NCBI GenBank assembly: GCA_038236535.1
Contig: JBBRZQ010000005.1
Span: 1,268 to 65,267, forward strand
Origin: Actinomycetales bacterium
GTDB taxonomy: Bacteria > Actinomycetota > Actinomycetes > Actinomycetales > Dermatophilaceae
Length of the DNA stretch: 64,000 nt
Direction of reading: 5' to 3'
Below are positions 1-7,946 of the stretch, one piece after another. Each line of letters starts with the position of its first letter. Position 1 is the first letter of the stretch. Below the pieces are notes generated by a model, which was given only the letters and a program-made list of their open reading frames with translations, searched no databases and was not told the origin of the DNA. The translations under genes were made by a program, and so were the position numbers.

Positions 1-9
1 AGAGCCTCC

Positions 10-702
10 TCAGGTCGAGAGCCTCAGAATGGTCTTTCCGCCGAGCGTCCTTATCTCCACCGCGGCGATCTCCCGGCGAGCCTTCGAGCTGGCGCCCATC
101 ACGGTGAGCGTGCGGTTCGGCAGCGCCTTCCAGGTGGCGACCTGCTCGGCAGTGCCGTTGCGGTCGATGACGACCATCGCGTAGGGGACCTGCCTGGCCG
201 GGTAGAGCCCCTGGGCACGGTAGGCGCAGGTCAGGTCGATCCGGGTGCCCCAGGCCATGTCGACCATCCGGGCACTGGCGGTGACCGGCGAGGGAACGAC
301 GGCGGTCAGCGACTGGCTCGCAGCGCCGGGCAGGACCGAGGTCGAGGCGGTGACCGGTGGCCGGGCGGGGGAGTCCGGCCGGGTGAGCGCCACCGCGCCG
401 ACCGCGACCAGGCAGGCCGCCGCGGCAGCCGAGATCCCCATCACCAGGGCGCGTCGTCCGCGCTCGCGTCGCACGGCCCGGGCCAGCGACGGCAGGAGGG
501 TGTCGGGGACGGGCTCGGGCTCTGCGGTGAGCTGGTCGAGGGACACCCGGGACATGAGGCCGGGCAACCCTGCCAGCTCACTCACCGCAGTTGCACAGGC
601 CGGGCAGGTGGCGAGGTGGTCCTCGAAGTCGCGCCGGTCGGCCGGCGACAGGGCGCCCAGGACGTACGCGGCGTCATGCATGGCGAACTCGTCGGTGGTC
701 AT
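10..702 (-). CDS. anti-sigma factor, zf-HC2 (ZAS) type, single-pass membrane
   Basis: Uses the inner ATG of the over-extended 10..1152 ORF (MTTDEFAMHD...). HLATCPAC matches the HxxxCxxC motif. There is a central hydrophobic helix. The start overlaps the sigma-factor stop (ATGA). Confidence 0.8.
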   Translation of the reverse strand: MTTDEFAMHDAAYVLGALSPADRRDFEDHLATCPACATAVSELAGLPGLMSRVSLDQLTAEPEPVPDTLLPSLARAVRRERGRRALVMGISAAAAACLVAVGAVALTRPDSPARPPVTASTSVLPGAASQSLTAVVPSPVTASARMVDMAWGTRIDLTCAYRAQGLYPARQVPYAMVVIDRNGTAEQVATWKALPNRTLTVMGASSKARREIAAVEIRTLGGKTILRLST

Positions 703-1211
703 GGCCCGACTCCCATCTCTTCCAGTGCCAGGCGCAGGGCCCGCAGTGCGTAATGTGTGCGCGACTTGACCGTTCCCTCCGGGATGTCGAGCCGTCTGGC
801 GGCCTCGGCCACCGAGCGACCGCGGTAGTAACACTCCACCAGGACCAGGCGGTGGTCGTCGGAGAGCCGGCTCAGGGCGTCGGCGACGACCCAGGACTGC
901 AGCAGCTGGTCCGTCTCGTCGCCGACCGGCGTGCGCTCCGGGGGCTGGGCGGTGCTCACCTCGAGCTGGGCCCTGCGGGTGCGCCACTCGTCGATGACCA
1001 GGTTGCGCGCGACGGTGAAGAGCCAGGCCCGGGCCGAGCCCTGGGTCTGGTCGAGGATCTTGGGGTTGCGCCAGGCCCGCAGCAGCGTCTCCTGGACGAT
1101 GTCCTGAGCGCGTGGGCGGTCGCCGTTGGTCAGGCGCACGCAGTAGCCCCACAGGGCGGCGGCATGCTCGTCATGCAGCTCGCGCATGAGATCTGTCTGG
1201 CTACCGGTCAC
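699..1211 (-). CDS. ECF-type sigma-70 family RNA polymerase sigma factor
   Basis: 170 aa with region 2 (DIVQETLLRAW) and region 4 (VAEAARRLDIPEGTVKSRTHYA). GTG start is preceded by AGGAGG. Translationally coupled to the anti-sigma gene. Confidence 0.9.
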   Translation of the reverse strand: MTGSQTDLMRELHDEHAAALWGYCVRLTNGDRPRAQDIVQETLLRAWRNPKILDQTQGSARAWLFTVARNLVIDEWRTRRAQLEVSTAQPPERTPVGDETDQLLQSWVVADALSRLSDDHRLVLVECYYRGRSVAEAARRLDIPEGTVKSRTHYALRALRLALEEMGVGP

Positions 1212-1230
1212 TGGTCCTCCTGCCTGAGGA

Positions 1231-1258
1231 AACGCAGGTCAGGTGCAGATGGTTCACC
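1231..1258 (-). promoter_or_regulatory. candidate ECF-type autoregulated promoter (GAAC-N17-CGTT)
   Basis: On the minus strand, GTGAACC is followed after 17 nt by CGTT, about 20 nt upstream of the sigma-factor GTG. This resembles the ECF -35/-10 consensus GGAAC..CGTT. Confidence 0.35.
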
Positions 1259-1313
1259 CGGGGGGCCTGCCCGCGCAAGGTGGGGCCGGCCGGCCGGGTG
1301 GCAGGCTGTGCTG

Positions 1314-1958
1314 ATGGATCCCCGCCGCAGCGAGATCGCCGACTACTGGAACCGTTACGCCCAGGCCTACGACGACGCGCCGGACCACGGTCTGGCCGAC
1401 CCGGACATCCGCGAGGCCTGGCGGTTGCTGCTGGCGCGCTGGCTGCCGGCCCGGCCCTGCGACGTCGCCGATCTGGCCTGCGGCACCGGTTCGCTGACCG
1501 CCCTCGCCGCCGGGCTCGGGCATCACGTCGTGGGGGTTGACCTGGCCGAGAACATGCTTGAGCGGGCACGGGCCAAGACTCGGGATCTTGCCGGTCAGGT
1601 CAGCATCGCACTGGGAGACGTCTCTGACCCGCCTGTACCGCCGGCCAGCGTCGACGTGATCCTGGCCCGGCACATCCTGTGGACCCTGCCCGACCCGCAG
1701 GCGGCCCTGGCCCGCTGGCGGCTGCTGCTGCGCCCTGGTGGCCGGTTCCTGCTGGTCGAGGGCCGCTGGCGGTCGGTGGGCGACGAGGGCTACACCGATG
1801 AGGCTGGTATGCCGTGGGCCGGCGGGGTCTGCGCCGAGGATCTTGCGTCCGCGATCGGGACACCCGTCCGGCGGGTCGAGGTGGTGCCCCTCACGGACCC
1901 GCAGCTCTGGGGGAGAGTGGTCGAGGACGAGCGCTACCTGATGGTCGCCGACCTCTGA
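1314..1958 (+). CDS. class I SAM-dependent methyltransferase
   Basis: Uses the inner ATG of the 591..1958 ORF. VADLACGTGSLT is the SAM-binding motif I, and LRPGGRFLLVE follows downstream. Confidence 0.8.
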   Translation: MDPRRSEIADYWNRYAQAYDDAPDHGLADPDIREAWRLLLARWLPARPCDVADLACGTGSLTALAAGLGHHVVGVDLAENMLERARAKTRDLAGQVSIALGDVSDPPVPPASVDVILARHILWTLPDPQAALARWRLLLRPGGRFLLVEGRWRSVGDEGYTDEAGMPWAGGVCAEDLASAIGTPVRRVEVVPLTDPQLWGRVVEDERYLMVADL

Positions 1959-2039
1959 GGCCGCTGGACCACCGAGGCTGCTGACCAGCGCTGCTAACCG
2001 CCGAGGCCGCTGACCGCCGGTCGGCCGTGCTCATCTCCT

Positions 2040-2545
2040 AGACCATGGCTCGGGTTCTTCGTTCTGCTGGTCATGAGGAAGCTGGGAGAGATGGCCACGG
2101 CCCAGCCGGACATCGGCTTCCTGATGGGCACGAACCTGGGCGGCCGAGTCGCCGGACCCGGAGGCCGGGATCCGCAAGGCCATGAGCTGGGTGATCTGGC
2201 GGGTCGCTCTCTTCTGCCTGGGTTCTATCTTCGTGGTGGTCTCCCTGGTCGCCTGGAAGGGCGAGAACCTGACCGCGCGGGGGCTCCTACCAGTCCGTGC
2301 TCGACCGGATCGGGCTGGAGAGGTTCTCGACGCTCCTGTCGCTGGTGATCCTGACCGCTGTTGCCTCCTGCCTGAACTCCGCGCTGTACACGGCGTCCCC
2401 GATGGCCTACTCGCTGTCCGTGCGAGGCGACGCGCCGGCGTCGTGGTCACGCACACGAGCCGCGGTGTCCCCCTGTCGCGATCATGGTCAGCACGGCGGT
2501 GGGCTTCCGCGCCGTGGTCGGCAGCTACCTGCCTCCGGGGAGGCA
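2040..2545 (+). pseudogene. APC-family amino acid permease remnant (central part only, several frameshifts)
   Basis: Permease-like pieces lie in three different frames: AAESPDPEAGIRKAMSWVIWRVALFCLGSIFVVVSLVAW, then YQSVLDRIGL..LVILTAVASCLNSALYTASPMAYSL, then VAIMVSTAVGFRAVVGSYLP. The N- and C-terminal thirds are absent. Confidence 0.6.
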
Positions 2546-2617
2546 GCCGGAGCCGGGCGTGTTCTCAGGCAGTGACCCAGATTCGTTGTGCACCTGCCGG
2601 CACGGGAGTATGTCCCC

Positions 2618-4036
2618 ATGAATATTGCGCCCTCCGTGTCGAACTCGATCACCGTCCGCCTCGAGCTGCCGGCGCGGGCCACCGCTGTCAGCGAGCTCAC
2701 CACCGCGATCGAGACCTGCGGGGGGCTGGTGACCGGTCTGGACGTCACTGCTTCCGGGCCGCGCCGGCTGCAGGTGGACGTCACGATCGCCACCCGGGGC
2801 ACCGACCATGTCGACGAGATCGTGGCCGAGATCGTCACGGTCGACGGGGTCGAGATCGGCAAGGTCAGTGACCGCACGTTCCTGATGCACCTGGGCGGCA
2901 TGCTCAAGATCGAGTCCGCGGTGCCGATCCGCACCCGCGACGACCTGTCCATGGTCTACACCCCGGGAGTGGCGCGGGTCTGCATGGCGATCACCGAGAA
3001 CCCGTCGGAAGCGCGCCGGCTGACCATCAAGCGCAACACGGTGGCGGTCGTCACCGACGGGAGCGCGGTCCTGGGCCTGGGCAACATCGGTCCGCTGGCC
3101 GCCCTGCCGGTGATGGAGGGCAAGGCAGCCCTGTTCAAGCGGTTCGGCGACATCGACGCCTTCCCGATCTGCCTGGACACCCAGGATGTCGACGAGATCG
3201 TGGCCGCTGTCAAGGCCATCGCCCCCGTCTTCGCCGGCATCAACCTGGAAGACATCTCGGCCCCCCGCTGCTTCGAGGTCGAGGCGCGGCTGCGTGCCGA
3301 GCTGGACATCCCGGTCTTCCACGACGACCAGCACGGCACCGCGATCGTGGTGCTGGCCGCCCTGCAGAATGCCCTGCGGGTGGTCGGCAAGAAGCTGGCC
3401 GACGTCAAGATCGTGCAGAGCGGGGCCGGCGCTGCCGGAACGGCGATCCTGAGGCTGCTGATCATGGCCGGTGCCACTGACATCGTGGTCTCCGACATTC
3501 ACGGAGTGGTTCACGGTGACCGCGAGGACATCGTCCGCGACAGAGCCGAGAACCTGATCTGGCTCTCCGAGCGTACGAACAGGCGAGGGGTGACTGGCAC
3601 TCTCAAACAGGCCATCGCCGGTGCGGACGTCTTCATCGGGGTCTCCGCGCCAAACCTGCTGACCGGTGATGACATCGCCACGATGAACCACGACTCCATC
3701 GTGTTCGCCCTGGCCAACCCGACCCCCGAGGTGAGCATCGCTGCGGCCGCCCAGCATGCGGCCGTGGTCGCCTCGGGTCGCAGTGACGCCGCCAACCAGA
3801 TCAACAACGTCCTGGTGTTTCCCGGCATCTTCAGGGGGCTGCTCGATGCCGGGACCAAGGACGTCAGCGACGATGTCCTGATCGCGGCTGCCAACGCCCT
3901 GGCGAACATCATCGGCCGCGAGGAGCTCAACCCCACCTACATCATCCCCAGCGTCTTCAACCCCGATGTGACCAAGGTGGTGGCCGCCGCTGTGCGCGCC
4001 GCGGCGATCTCAGCCATGACGCCCCCGGCGGTATGA
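2618..4036 (+). CDS. NAD(P)-dependent malic enzyme with N-terminal ACT-like domain
   Basis: Contains VYTPGVA, AVVTDGSAVLGLGNIG and PVMEGKAALFK. The ATG at 2618 has GGGAG about 10 nt upstream. GTG at 2588 is an alternative start. Confidence 0.9.
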   Translation: MNIAPSVSNSITVRLELPARATAVSELTTAIETCGGLVTGLDVTASGPRRLQVDVTIATRGTDHVDEIVAEIVTVDGVEIGKVSDRTFLMHLGGMLKIESAVPIRTRDDLSMVYTPGVARVCMAITENPSEARRLTIKRNTVAVVTDGSAVLGLGNIGPLAALPVMEGKAALFKRFGDIDAFPICLDTQDVDEIVAAVKAIAPVFAGINLEDISAPRCFEVEARLRAELDIPVFHDDQHGTAIVVLAALQNALRVVGKKLADVKIVQSGAGAAGTAILRLLIMAGATDIVVSDIHGVVHGDREDIVRDRAENLIWLSERTNRRGVTGTLKQAIAGADVFIGVSAPNLLTGDDIATMNHDSIVFALANPTPEVSIAAAAQHAAVVASGRSDAANQINNVLVFPGIFRGLLDAGTKDVSDDVLIAAANALANIIGREELNPTYIIPSVFNPDVTKVVAAAVRAAAISAMTPPAV

Positions 4037-4425
4037 CCAGACTCCCCGGGGGGGTGGACGGACCGGCTGCCGGGCCATCAGCTGCCAGGCCAGACCGGTG
4101 GTGGCTGATAGCTTTTGGCGCCGCTGTGACCGTGCAGCTGATCGTCGTGTACTCCCCGCAGGGGCCGGGCGGGCCGCAGGTCCCCGGGCTCGACAAGGTG
4201 GTCCATCTCCTCATCTTCGCCGGGCCGGTGCTGGCCGCCTTGATGGCCGGACTGCGCTGGCCGTGGGTGCTCGGCATCTTCGCGGCTCACGCCCCGGTCA
4301 GTGAGCTGACCCAGCACTTCGCGCTGCCCCATCGCACGGGTGATCCATGGGACATGGTGGCTGATCTGGTGGGCGTCGCGCTGGGCTGCCTGGCCTTTCT
4401 GGTCTGGAATCGTCGCCAGCACTGA
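4033..4425 (+). CDS. VanZ-like small membrane protein
   Basis: 130 aa with 3-4 hydrophobic helices. DKVVHLLIF...SELTQHF...D..ADLVG resembles VanZ family spacing. ATGA overlap with the malic enzyme stop. Confidence 0.55.
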   Translation: MTRLPGGVDGPAAGPSAARPDRWWLIAFGAAVTVQLIVVYSPQGPGGPQVPGLDKVVHLLIFAGPVLAALMAGLRWPWVLGIFAAHAPVSELTQHFALPHRTGDPWDMVADLVGVALGCLAFLVWNRRQH

Positions 4426-4619
4426 TAAAGTTTGCGCATACCCGATGAGCGGCGCAGTGACGCGCCATAGATACAGCAGTTGAGAATCATCGGGCCCTGC
4501 CGGATAACGACCGTTATCGTCGGCCCGCCGGGCGCAGCCAAGACCATCGCGCCTGAGGTTCGTTCTCATTGTTGCCGTTGGACCGGTGATCCCGAGGCGT
4601 TCCTACCTCGATCACCGAA

Positions 4620-6545
4620 GTGGACATTCAAGTGAATAAGCACATCAATAATTCTGGCGCGCCCAAGAAGGCGCGCTGGACCACGGCCAAGAAGATTGAC
4701 GCCAAGTCGGGCCCCAAGAAGGCCCACCGCGGTCAGTCTCAGGCCCCTCGCACCTTCGACGACCGTCCCCCGCGGACTTCTGACCGTCGTGACGACCGCG
4801 CGCCCCGCTCCTACGGCAGCGATCGCCCGGCTCGATCCAACGACTCTCGTGACGACCGGGGCCCGCGCACCTTTGGCAACAGCCCGCGTACCAGTGGCAG
4901 CGACCGTCCGGCCCGTTCCAACGACAGCCGTGACGACCGTGCGCCTCGTTCGTACAGTGACCGTCCGGCCCGCAGCTACGGCAGTGACCGTCCGGCCACC
5001 TCGTACGGCAGTGACCGTCCGGCTCGTTCCAACGACAGCCGTGACGACCGCGCGCCCCGTTCGTACAGCGACCGTCCGGCCCGCACCTACGAGAAGCGTG
5101 AGCCCGGTGCGGCCCGCTCGGACTTCAAGCGTGACGCGAGCTACGGCAAGCGCACCGATCGTCCGGCCCGCACCTACGAGAAGCACATCCCCGCGCCGGT
5201 CATCGACACGACGCCTATCGTGATCGCTGAGGACAACGGCTTCGCGGCTCTCGGGCTTCCCGCGCCGCTGGTCGAGCGGCTGGCCCGGGACGGCATCCTG
5301 GAGCCCTTCCCGATCCAGACGGCGACCATCCCGGACGCACTGCTGGGCCGCGACGTGCTCGGCCGTGGGCAGACCGGCTCGGGCAAGACGTTTGCCTTCG
5401 GACTACCGACGATTACCCGGCTTGCTGCCGGCGAGCGGGCCCTGGCCCGTCGCCCGCGCGCGCTGATCCTGACCCCGACCCGCGAGCTGGCGATGCAGAT
5501 CAGCGACGCTCTCGAGCCCTTCGTGCATGTCATGGGCCTGCGTCACAAGCTGGTCGCCGGCGGTATGCCGTACCCGCCCCAGCTGATGGCCCTGGACCGC
5601 GGAGTCGATCTGCTGATCGCCACCCCGGGCCGGCTCAAGGATCTCATCGAGCGCGGAGCCGTCCAGCTCACCGACATCGCGATCATGATCCTCGACGAGG
5701 CCGACCACATGGCCGAGATGGGCTTCCTGCCCGAGATCACCTCCATCCTGGATGGCCTCCCCGAGGGCGGGCAGCGACTGCTCTTCTCCGCCACCCTGGA
5801 CCGCGGCGTCGACGGCGTGGTCAAGAAGTACCTCACGGACGCCGTCGTCCACTCCACCGACGACGCGACCGCCAGTGTCACCACGATGGACCACCACATC
5901 CTGCTCATCGACCCGCAGCACAAGAAGTCGATCACCGCAGAGGTCGCCAACCGCGAGGGCCGCACCCTGGTGTTCGTGCGGACCAAGCTGGGCGCGGACC
6001 GGGTGGCCGAGCAGCTGCGCGAGCAGGGCGTCTTTGCCGCTGCGCTGCACGGCGGCCTGGCCCAGGGCGCTCGCAACCGGGTGCTCAGCGCCTTCAAGGA
6101 CGGTAGCCTGCCCGTGCTGGTCGCCACCGACGTCGCAGCCCGCGGCATCCACGTCGATGACATCGGCGTCGTCCTGCAGGCCGACCCCCCGGCCGACCAC
6201 AAGGACTACCTCCACCGTTCGGGCCGGACGGCTCGCGCAGGTGAGCGAGGCTCTGTGATCACCCTGGCTCTCCCGCACCAGCGCAAGGGCATGGAGCGAC
6301 TGGCTCGCGAGGCCGGAGTCGACGTCATGGCGACCCGGGCCATCCCCGGCGACGCGATGCTGGCGTCGACCGGTGCCTGCGCGCCCAGCGGAATCCCGAT
6401 CCCGGCCAGCCAGTCACGGCGTCTGCTCGAGGCTCCGCAGCGGCCCAACCGTCGCCCCTTCGGTGGTGGCGGCCGAGGTGGACACAGCGCCGGTCCGCGC
6501 CGCAGCAACGACGGTGCGCGCGGTTACCGCGGCTCCCGCGACTGA
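4620..6545 (+). CDS. DEAD-box ATP-dependent RNA helicase with repetitive N-terminal extension and RGG-like tail
   Basis: Motifs present: Q-motif region, GRGQTGSGKT (I), DEAD (ILDEADHM), SAT (III), HRSGRTARAG (VI). GTG start, which is uncertain. Confidence 0.9.
   Translation: MDIQVNKHINNSGAPKKARWTTAKKIDAKSGPKKAHRGQSQAPRTFDDRPPRTSDRRDDRAPRSYGSDRPARSNDSRDDRGPRTFGNSPRTSGSDRPARSNDSRDDRAPRSYSDRPARSYGSDRPATSYGSDRPARSNDSRDDRAPRSYSDRPARTYEKREPGAARSDFKRDASYGKRTDRPARTYEKHIPAPVIDTTPIVIAEDNGFAALGLPAPLVERLARDGILEPFPIQTATIPDALLGRDVLGRGQTGSGKTFAFGLPTITRLAAGERALARRPRALILTPTRELAMQISDALEPFVHVMGLRHKLVAGGMPYPPQLMALDRGVDLLIATPGRLKDLIERGAVQLTDIAIMILDEADHMAEMGFLPEITSILDGLPEGGQRLLFSATLDRGVDGVVKKYLTDAVVHSTDDATASVTTMDHHILLIDPQHKKSITAEVANREGRTLVFVRTKLGADRVAEQLREQGVFAAALHGGLAQGARNRVLSAFKDGSLPVLVATDVAARGIHVDDIGVVLQADPPADHKDYLHRSGRTARAGERGSVITLALPHQRKGMERLAREAGVDVMATRAIPGDAMLASTGACAPSGIPIPASQSRRLLEAPQRPNRRPFGGGGRGGHSAGPRRSNDGARGYRGSRD
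4767..5190 (+). repeat. in-frame degenerate tandem repeats encoding SDRPAR(S/T)Y / DSRDDRAPRSY units
   Basis: Repeated blocks agcgaccgtccggcccg...gacagccgtgacgaccg are visible several times. They encode an Arg/Asp/Ser-rich low-complexity region. Confidence 0.8.
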
Positions 6546-6560
6546 CCGAAGCAGCATCAT

Positions 6561-6598
6561 CAGAAGGCCTGACCGGCACCAGCCGGCCAGGCCTTCTG
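6561..6598 (+). terminator. stem-loop downstream of the DEAD-box helicase
   Basis: cagaaggcctg ... caggccttctg forms an 11-bp perfect stem, 16 nt after the stop codon. Confidence 0.6.
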
Positions 6599-6738
6599 GC
6601 GTGGGTGCCTGACCCGCCGTGGGCTGCCGTCACCTGCTCGCTGGCGTCGTCAGTGGCCGGTGCCCGGCGCCCGATCAGCTCCCAGCGGGTCGAGGCCGCG
6701 CCTGTTCCGGTGCTCAGGAAGCCAGGTCGCGTGCTCGG

Positions 6739-7359
6739 ATGGACCCGAGTTACCCCGGGGGGGACCCGCCCCGATCCGACCTGAGCGAGAATGGTCTGGT
6801 GAGCATCCACAACGCCACCGGCAAGCTGCTGGTCGCATCGCCGCGGACCGGGGGCACGGTCTTCCGGCGCAGCGTGGTGCTGGTGCTGCAGCATGACGAG
6901 GACGGCGCGCAGGGCGTGGTCCTCAACCACCCCCTGAACGCTCCGGTCTCGGCGGTACTGCCTCCCTGGCAGGAGTTCGTCACCGATCCGCCGAATGTCT
7001 TCCAGGGTGGCCCTGTCGCGCTCGACTCGGCTCTGGGCCTGGTCACCGTGCCGGGGGACCGGCCGGAGCCGGAGGGGGTGCGGCTGCTGTTCGGCGGGCT
7101 CGGACTCGTTGACCTCGACGTCGCCCCGCTGGCGGTGATGCCGGGCGTGGCCGGGCTCCGGATCTTTGCCGGGTACTCCGGGTGGTCGGACGGGCAGCTG
7201 GAGCAGGAGATCCGCGACGGAGGCTGGTATGTCGTGGAGGCCGAGGCCCGCGACGCGTTCTCGCCCGAGCCGCGGACGCTGTGGTCCTCGGTGCTGCGCC
7301 GACAGCGTGGCAACCTTGCGTTTGTCGCGAGCCTGCCCGAAGACCCCACGATGAACTGA
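6739..7359 (+). CDS. YqgE/AlgH family protein (UPF0301)
   Basis: Contains LLVASP...FRRSVVLVLQHDEDGAQGVVLN, GGPV and IFAGYSGWSDGQLEQEI. The inner ATG was chosen; the ORF is open from 6619. Confidence 0.8.
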   Translation: MDPSYPGGDPPRSDLSENGLVSIHNATGKLLVASPRTGGTVFRRSVVLVLQHDEDGAQGVVLNHPLNAPVSAVLPPWQEFVTDPPNVFQGGPVALDSALGLVTVPGDRPEPEGVRLLFGGLGLVDLDVAPLAVMPGVAGLRIFAGYSGWSDGQLEQEIRDGGWYVVEAEARDAFSPEPRTLWSSVLRRQRGNLAFVASLPEDPTMN

Positions 7360-7499
7360 CCCACCCTGCCCTGCGGTCCTTGGCGCGACTGCCTGGCTGT
7401 CGTCGATCACCGGACACCCGGACACCCCGGACACCCGGACACCCCGGACAGCGGCGGTGGCCGGACACCGGGCATACCGTCATTGGTTAGACTTCTCAC

Positions 7500-7829
7500 A
7501 TGAGCGCTTTCCGGACTCCTGCCAGCGGACTCGACGACCCGAACGACCCCCTCGCACCACAGAGGGAGCCCTCTGGCCCCTCAACGTCGACCTCGGTGAT
7601 CGAGCGTGAGCGGGTCGACGAACAGGCCAGCGAACCGGGAGACCACGAGCGGTTCGCGCACTACGTCCGTAAGAACAAGATCATGGACAGCGCGATGTCC
7701 GGAGACCCCGTGGTGGCGCTCTGCGGCAAGGTCTGGGTGCCGGGACGTGACCCGAAGAAGTTCCCGGTGTGCCCCACCTGCAAAGAGATCTTCGACGGTC
7801 TGCGGGCCCCTCAGGACGGCGACAAGTAG
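7500..7829 (+). CDS. DUF3039 domain-containing protein
   Basis: HERFAHYVRKNKI...ALCGKVWVPGRDPKKFPVCPTCKE. This is an actinobacterial conserved small protein that usually sits next to the helicase below. Confidence 0.75.
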   Translation: MSAFRTPASGLDDPNDPLAPQREPSGPSTSTSVIERERVDEQASEPGDHERFAHYVRKNKIMDSAMSGDPVVALCGKVWVPGRDPKKFPVCPTCKEIFDGLRAPQDGDK

Positions 7830-7946
7830 GCAGTTCCGTGCTGGTTCCGGCGCGCTGTAGCACATCGCGGTGCTGCCTGGCCGGTATCTGGCCCGAAGCA
7901 GGGCCCGCGCATGTCGCCGGCCGAATCCCGTTACTCTTAGCGGCCT

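Noticed and set aside
10-1152. Full 380-aa extent of the anti-sigma ORF. The same question applies to the long 5' extensions of the ORFs at 591..1958, 21120..22175, 35301..36485, 41218..42588, 48038..48793 and 49386..50456.
   Set aside because: The extensions overlap neighbouring well-supported genes and translate to Arg/Pro/Gly-rich junk. Internal starts with an RBS or ATGA/GTGA coupling give family-typical lengths.
2525-3757. 410-aa minus-strand ORF opposite the malic enzyme gene. Similar long antisense ORFs occur at 5403..6278, 8481..9503, 19691..20515, 22097..23638, 35229..36581, 45203..46366 and 52949..53647.
   Set aside because: These are typical GC-rich shadow ORFs. Their translations are Arg/Gly/Asp/His-rich with no motifs. 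In each case the opposite strand encodes a protein with unambiguous family signatures.
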